Of a stretch of DNA of 43,661 nucleotides, positions 40,150-43,661 are shown piece after piece. Where the stretch lies: contig JBMYYT010000001.1 in assembly GCA_049609665.1 (NCBI GenBank), positions 1-43,661 of the forward strand. Reading direction: 5' to 3'. This DNA is from Flavobacteriales bacterium. GTDB lineage: Bacteria; Bacteroidota; Bacteroidia; Flavobacteriales_D; CAJJDF01. The notes under the pieces are model-generated. The model did no database searches, was not told the DNA's origin, and saw only the letters and a program-made list of their open reading frames with translations. A program made the position numbers and the translations under genes. Position 1 is the first letter of the stretch, and each line of letters starts with the position of its first letter.

Positions 40150-42456
40150 ATGAAAACACAGGCTCTAATTTTTTTACTTTTTTTTGTTGCATTTGGGATA
40201 AATGCTCAAGAAGATTATGGCGGTTTTCTTGGTAATTTAAAATATGGAGAATGGAGAGAATCTAAGAATAGGTATCAATTAACCTATGTAGGCGAATATT
40301 CAAATGGATTGAGAATTGGACATTGGAAAATTTACAATTCGAGAGGAATTTTAGAATGCGAAGGACTGTATGAGAATGGGATAATTAGCGGAACCTGGAA
40401 ATCCTATTATGACAGCAGTTTGGCCCGGATAGACATCTATGATAATGAAAGAAAAATAAGAAAATCAACATCTTATCATTTCAAAACCAATAAAATATGG
40501 ACCAAGACAGAGTATAAAATCAACTCAAATATATGCAAGTGCTGTTCATTTACCAACAAATATGATGGTGGAATAAGAGCAGGAAAATTTGAAGAATATT
40601 ATGAAAACGGGAAGTTAAAAGAGGATGGAACTTATGAAAATAATAAGAAAACAGGGGAATGGAGATATTACAATCCAAAAGGGGTAATTAGGATGACAGC
40701 AACCTATAAAAATGGGGAACGCACAGAAAACAGAAGGCATTATGATGCTAATGGTAATCTTAAAAAAATAAACCAATTCGAAAACGGAATAAAAGTAGGG
40801 GATTGGAGAGAATATAGTAAATACGATAAATTAACAGGTGAAGGGTTTTATAAAAACGGAACAAAAATCGGAAAGTGGAAAATTTACTCTGAATATAACG
40901 ACCAACTTTGGATTGGGAAATTTAAAAAAGGAAAGGAGAATGGGACATGGAAACTCTACAATACAGAAGATTTAAAACATTTGGTGTCTATTGGAAAGTT
41001 TAAAAATGGAAAGGAAGAAGGTACATGGAAATTCTATTTCAATAGTGGCTCAAATAAATTAAAATCTATAGGGAAGTTCAAAAACGGCAAGAAAATAGGG
41101 GAATGGAAATTTTATGAGTATGATGGCAGTCTATATAAAGTAGAACCATATAAAAATGGAAAGCTAAATGGAACGGTTAAGGAGTATTACTTTTCAAAAG
41201 GCGAAAGAAAATTATCTTTTGTTGGTGAATTTAAGAACGATGAAAAATCAGGTTACTGGAAAAACTATCAAGACAATAATAAGTTATTAAGTGTTGGAAC
41301 TTATGAAAATGGTGAATATTCGGGAGAATGGAAATTCTATTATCACGAAAGTGGAAACATAAAATCTATCGGAAAATTGGAGAAAGGTGAAAACATAGGT
41401 GTGTGGAAATATTACTATGATCAGGACGGTAAAATAAAATCGACTGGAGAGTATAAAAACTCTAAAAAAGTAGGAGAATGGAAAACCTATCGCATTAACG
41501 GAGAGATAGTAGACACAAGAAATTACGGAGAAAACGGAGAGTATCAAGAAAATAGTTTTGGAAAAACAGAGAACGGAAAAAAAGTTGGACAATGGAAATT
41601 CTATAGTTATAGGACAGGAACTTTGCAGAAAATTGGAGAGTATGATAAGGGAAAGGAAACAGGAGAATGGAAGGGATATAACCCCAATGGGAAGTTATCT
41701 TTTATAGGCAAATATGGAACTGGGGCTGAAGCAGGCGAACAAATAGACGAATGGAAGCAATATCACAGTAATGGAAAACGATATTCAATTGGGAAATATG
41801 AAGCAAATAAAAAAGTAGGAGAATGGAAGTATTACCATAAAAACGGAAAAATTTCTTCAGTTGGTAAATATGATGATAAAAGAACTGGGGAATGGAAATG
41901 GTATCACGAAAACGGAAAACTATCTTCCATAAGCACTTATGAAAATGGGTTTGTTAAAGGCGAAAAAAAAGAATACAACGGCAAAGGAACATTAATTAAG
42001 ATTTCTAAATTTTTGGGAAATAATAGGTATCCGGAGGAATGGAAAACTTACTACGACAATGGAAATTTAAAAGAAGAAATTTCAAGCTTTAAGCAAGGAA
42101 AGCGAATTGCAAAATATTACTATGAAAATGGTCAGGTAAGGTATATTGACAGTTTAATTTCAAAACAAAGGTCATTTTATACCGGAGAATACAAGGTTTA
42201 CCATGACAATGGAAACTTAGAAAGTATAAATAGGTTTCGGTTTGGCGAAGAGCACGGGAAATGGATTTCTTATTACAAGAACGGAAATGAACAAATAATT
42301 GGCGAATTCAAATACGGAAGCCGCATTGGTGAATGGAAGTATTATTATGAAAACGGTAAATTACAAATGATAGGCAACTTTAAAGACGGTATAAAAAAAG
42401 GAGAATGGAAATACTATTTCAACAATGGAGAATTGCAAAGGACTGAAAACTACTAA
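40150..42456 (+). CDS. secreted MORN-variant (YwqK-like) repeat protein, large
   Basis: The track ORF begins at GTG 40093. I prefer ATG 40150 (MKTQALIFLLFFVAFGINA|QE), giving 768 aa. About 30 tandem 'GEWK(F/Y)Y..NGK(L/I)xSxGKYxxxKKxG' units by eye. Confidence 0.8.
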   Translation: MKTQALIFLLFFVAFGINAQEDYGGFLGNLKYGEWRESKNRYQLTYVGEYSNGLRIGHWKIYNSRGILECEGLYENGIISGTWKSYYDSSLARIDIYDNERKIRKSTSYHFKTNKIWTKTEYKINSNICKCCSFTNKYDGGIRAGKFEEYYENGKLKEDGTYENNKKTGEWRYYNPKGVIRMTATYKNGERTENRRHYDANGNLKKINQFENGIKVGDWREYSKYDKLTGEGFYKNGTKIGKWKIYSEYNDQLWIGKFKKGKENGTWKLYNTEDLKHLVSIGKFKNGKEEGTWKFYFNSGSNKLKSIGKFKNGKKIGEWKFYEYDGSLYKVEPYKNGKLNGTVKEYYFSKGERKLSFVGEFKNDEKSGYWKNYQDNNKLLSVGTYENGEYSGEWKFYYHESGNIKSIGKLEKGENIGVWKYYYDQDGKIKSTGEYKNSKKVGEWKTYRINGEIVDTRNYGENGEYQENSFGKTENGKKVGQWKFYSYRTGTLQKIGEYDKGKETGEWKGYNPNGKLSFIGKYGTGAEAGEQIDEWKQYHSNGKRYSIGKYEANKKVGEWKYYHKNGKISSVGKYDDKRTGEWKWYHENGKLSSISTYENGFVKGEKKEYNGKGTLIKISKFLGNNRYPEEWKTYYDNGNLKEEISSFKQGKRIAKYYYENGQVRYIDSLISKQRSFYTGEYKVYHDNGNLESINRFRFGEEHGKWISYYKNGNEQIIGEFKYGSRIGEWKYYYENGKLQMIGNFKDGIKKGEWKYYFNNGELQRTENY

Positions 42457-42515
42457 CAAAGCATAAATCACTATGTTTTTCTGTTGTTAACTCAAAAGTC
42501 AATTGGATTAATATT

Positions 42516-42776
42516 CTATTTAATCTCATTCATTTTTATTTCTCTACCATCGGCAAAAACGTAACACTTTATCTTCCAAAATCCAGAAATAAGTTTAACT
42601 CTCAAGTTAGTTTTTGAGCTGCGGTTTGGCAATTCACATTCTAATTTAGATTGCCCAAACCAACCGTATGAGATGTCTTGAAGAGTTTCATTAATAAATA
42701 ATTTTTCTCCTCTAAACCAAGTATTGTGTACTTCAATACTATTTCCTAAATATATTCCTTTCCAAATTGTTTTCAT
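42516..42776 (-). CDS. small hypothetical protein
   Basis: 86-aa ORF with no recognisable motif. It is divergent from metK. Coding status rests on ORF length only. Confidence 0.4.
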   Translation of the reverse strand: MKTIWKGIYLGNSIEVHNTWFRGEKLFINETLQDISYGWFGQSKLECELPNRSSKTNLRVKLISGFWKIKCYVFADGREIKMNEIK

Positions 42777-42882
42777 AAATAAGGTTAAAAGTCAATTAAA
42801 AATAATCAAAACAGGCTATATAATTGCTAAATATTGCAGAAAATGATATTTTCGCAAATTACAATTCTTAAATAGAAAAATT

Positions 42883-43661
42883 ATGTCATATTTATTCACT
42901 TCTGAATCTGTTTCTGAAGGACACCCAGATAAAGTTTCTGATCAAGTATCAGATGCAATAATCGATAACTTTTTAGCTTTTGACCCAGACTCGAAAGTTG
43001 CTTGCGAAACTCTTGTAACAACTGGTCAAGTTGTGTTAGCAGGAGAGGTAAAAACTAAAACTTACCTTGATGTTCAAAAAATTGCAAGAGATGTAATCAA
43101 CAAGATTGGTTATACCAAAAGTGAATATATGTTTGACGGAAACTCTTGTGGAGTATTCTCGGCAATTCACGAGCAATCAGAAGATATTAATCAAGGAGTA
43201 GAAAGAGCAAATAAAGAAGATCAAGGAGCTGGAGATCAAGGGATGATGTTTGGTTACGCAACTGATGAAACTGATAACTACATGCCATTGGCGCTGGAGC
43301 TTTCTCACAGGTTGTTGATTGAATTGGCTTTACTAAGGAGAGAAAATAAAGACATTACTTATTTAAGACCAGATGCAAAATCTCAGGTTACGATTGAATA
43401 TTCTGATGACAATGTACCACAAAGAATTGATGCAATTGTAGTTTCTACACAGCACGATGATTTTGATGCAAGTGATGACGTAATGTTAGAAAAAATTAAG
43501 TCTGATATCGTAAATATTTTAATTCCAAGAGTAAAAGCTAAGTTACCAGCTAACATCCAAGCTTTGTTTACAGATGGAATTACTTACCACATTAACCCAA
43601 CAGGAACTTTCGTAATCGGAGGACCTCACGGAGATACTGGATTAACAGGAAGAAAAATTAT
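42883..43661 (+). CDS. metK: S-adenosylmethionine synthase (3'-truncated by window edge)
   Basis: ATG at 42883. The translation [31 protein letters not shown]...[12 protein letters not shown]...[14 protein letters not shown] contains the canonical MetK signatures. The ORF is still open at the window end. Confidence 0.93.
   Translation, partial: MSYLFTSESVSEGHPDKVSDQVSDAIIDNFLAFDPDSKVACETLVTTGQVVLAGEVKTKTYLDVQKIARDVINKIGYTKSEYMFDGNSCGVFSAIHEQSEDINQGVERANKEDQGAGDQGMMFGYATDETDNYMPLALELSHRLLIELALLRRENKDITYLRPDAKSQVTIEYSDDNVPQRIDAIVVSTQHDDFDASDDVMLEKIKSDIVNILIPRVKAKLPANIQALFTDGITYHINPTGTFVIGGPHGDTGLTGRKI

Noticed and set aside
42777-42882. Possible SAM riboswitch in the metK leader.
   Set aside because: The leader is only about 106 nt, extremely AT-rich, and I could not find the conserved cores of the SAM-I, SAM-II or SAM-III classes. 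Only a weak AT hairpin (GAAAAT-GAT-ATTTTC) is present. An Infernal/Rfam scan would settle it.
1-43661. CRISPR arrays, tRNA/rRNA genes, IS elements, integrases, phage or conjugative genes that would mark the 17.8-kb cluster as a mobile island.
   Set aside because: I saw no regularly spaced direct repeats, no tRNA-like cloverleaf candidates in intergenic DNA and no transposase or recombinase motifs. There is no obvious compositional break, and I saw no flanking direct repeats. The cluster sits between prfB and cysS like ordinary chromosomal DNA.

Overview
Low-GC chromosomal segment that looks like Bacteroidota, probably Flavobacteriia. Supporting signs: type-A T9SS C-terminal sorting domains, TAnnTTTG-type -7 boxes, no Shine-Dalgarno sequences, and Gln at +1 of several predicted signal-peptidase sites. 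Housekeeping genes frame the window: rnc 3' end, hutI, an RluA-family pseudouridine synthase, prfB with its programmed +1 frameshift, cysS, pabB, a TrmH/SpoU methyltransferase and the metK 5' end. A marR-MFP-RND-TolC efflux operon lies at 24.3-30.5 kb. The standout is a 17.8-kb block (3942-21742). Six of its seven consecutive genes are diverged paralogues of one secreted architecture. That architecture is signal peptide, conserved 'TNTxDSGxGSLRxAV..GDTIRF' cap, Pmp-like GGAI/FxxN parallel beta-helix rungs, a choice-of-anchor-Q-like segment, optional Cys-bracketed modules, and a T9SS CTD. One 2013-aa gene is a head-to-tail fusion of two complete modules. A seventh, unrelated Cys-rich T9SS cargo closes one operon. 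No enzymatic motif or known function can be read from these genes, so this block is my best candidate for an undescribed system, possibly a surface-adhesin or antigen repertoire. A secondary candidate is a membrane-anchored papain-like (C1) peptidase with a DUF4384-like tail and a small downstream lipoprotein, lying between two large secreted MORN-variant repeat proteins. I saw no CRISPR array, tRNA or rRNA gene, transposase or integrase. All calls rest on motif recognition by eye; no database search was possible.
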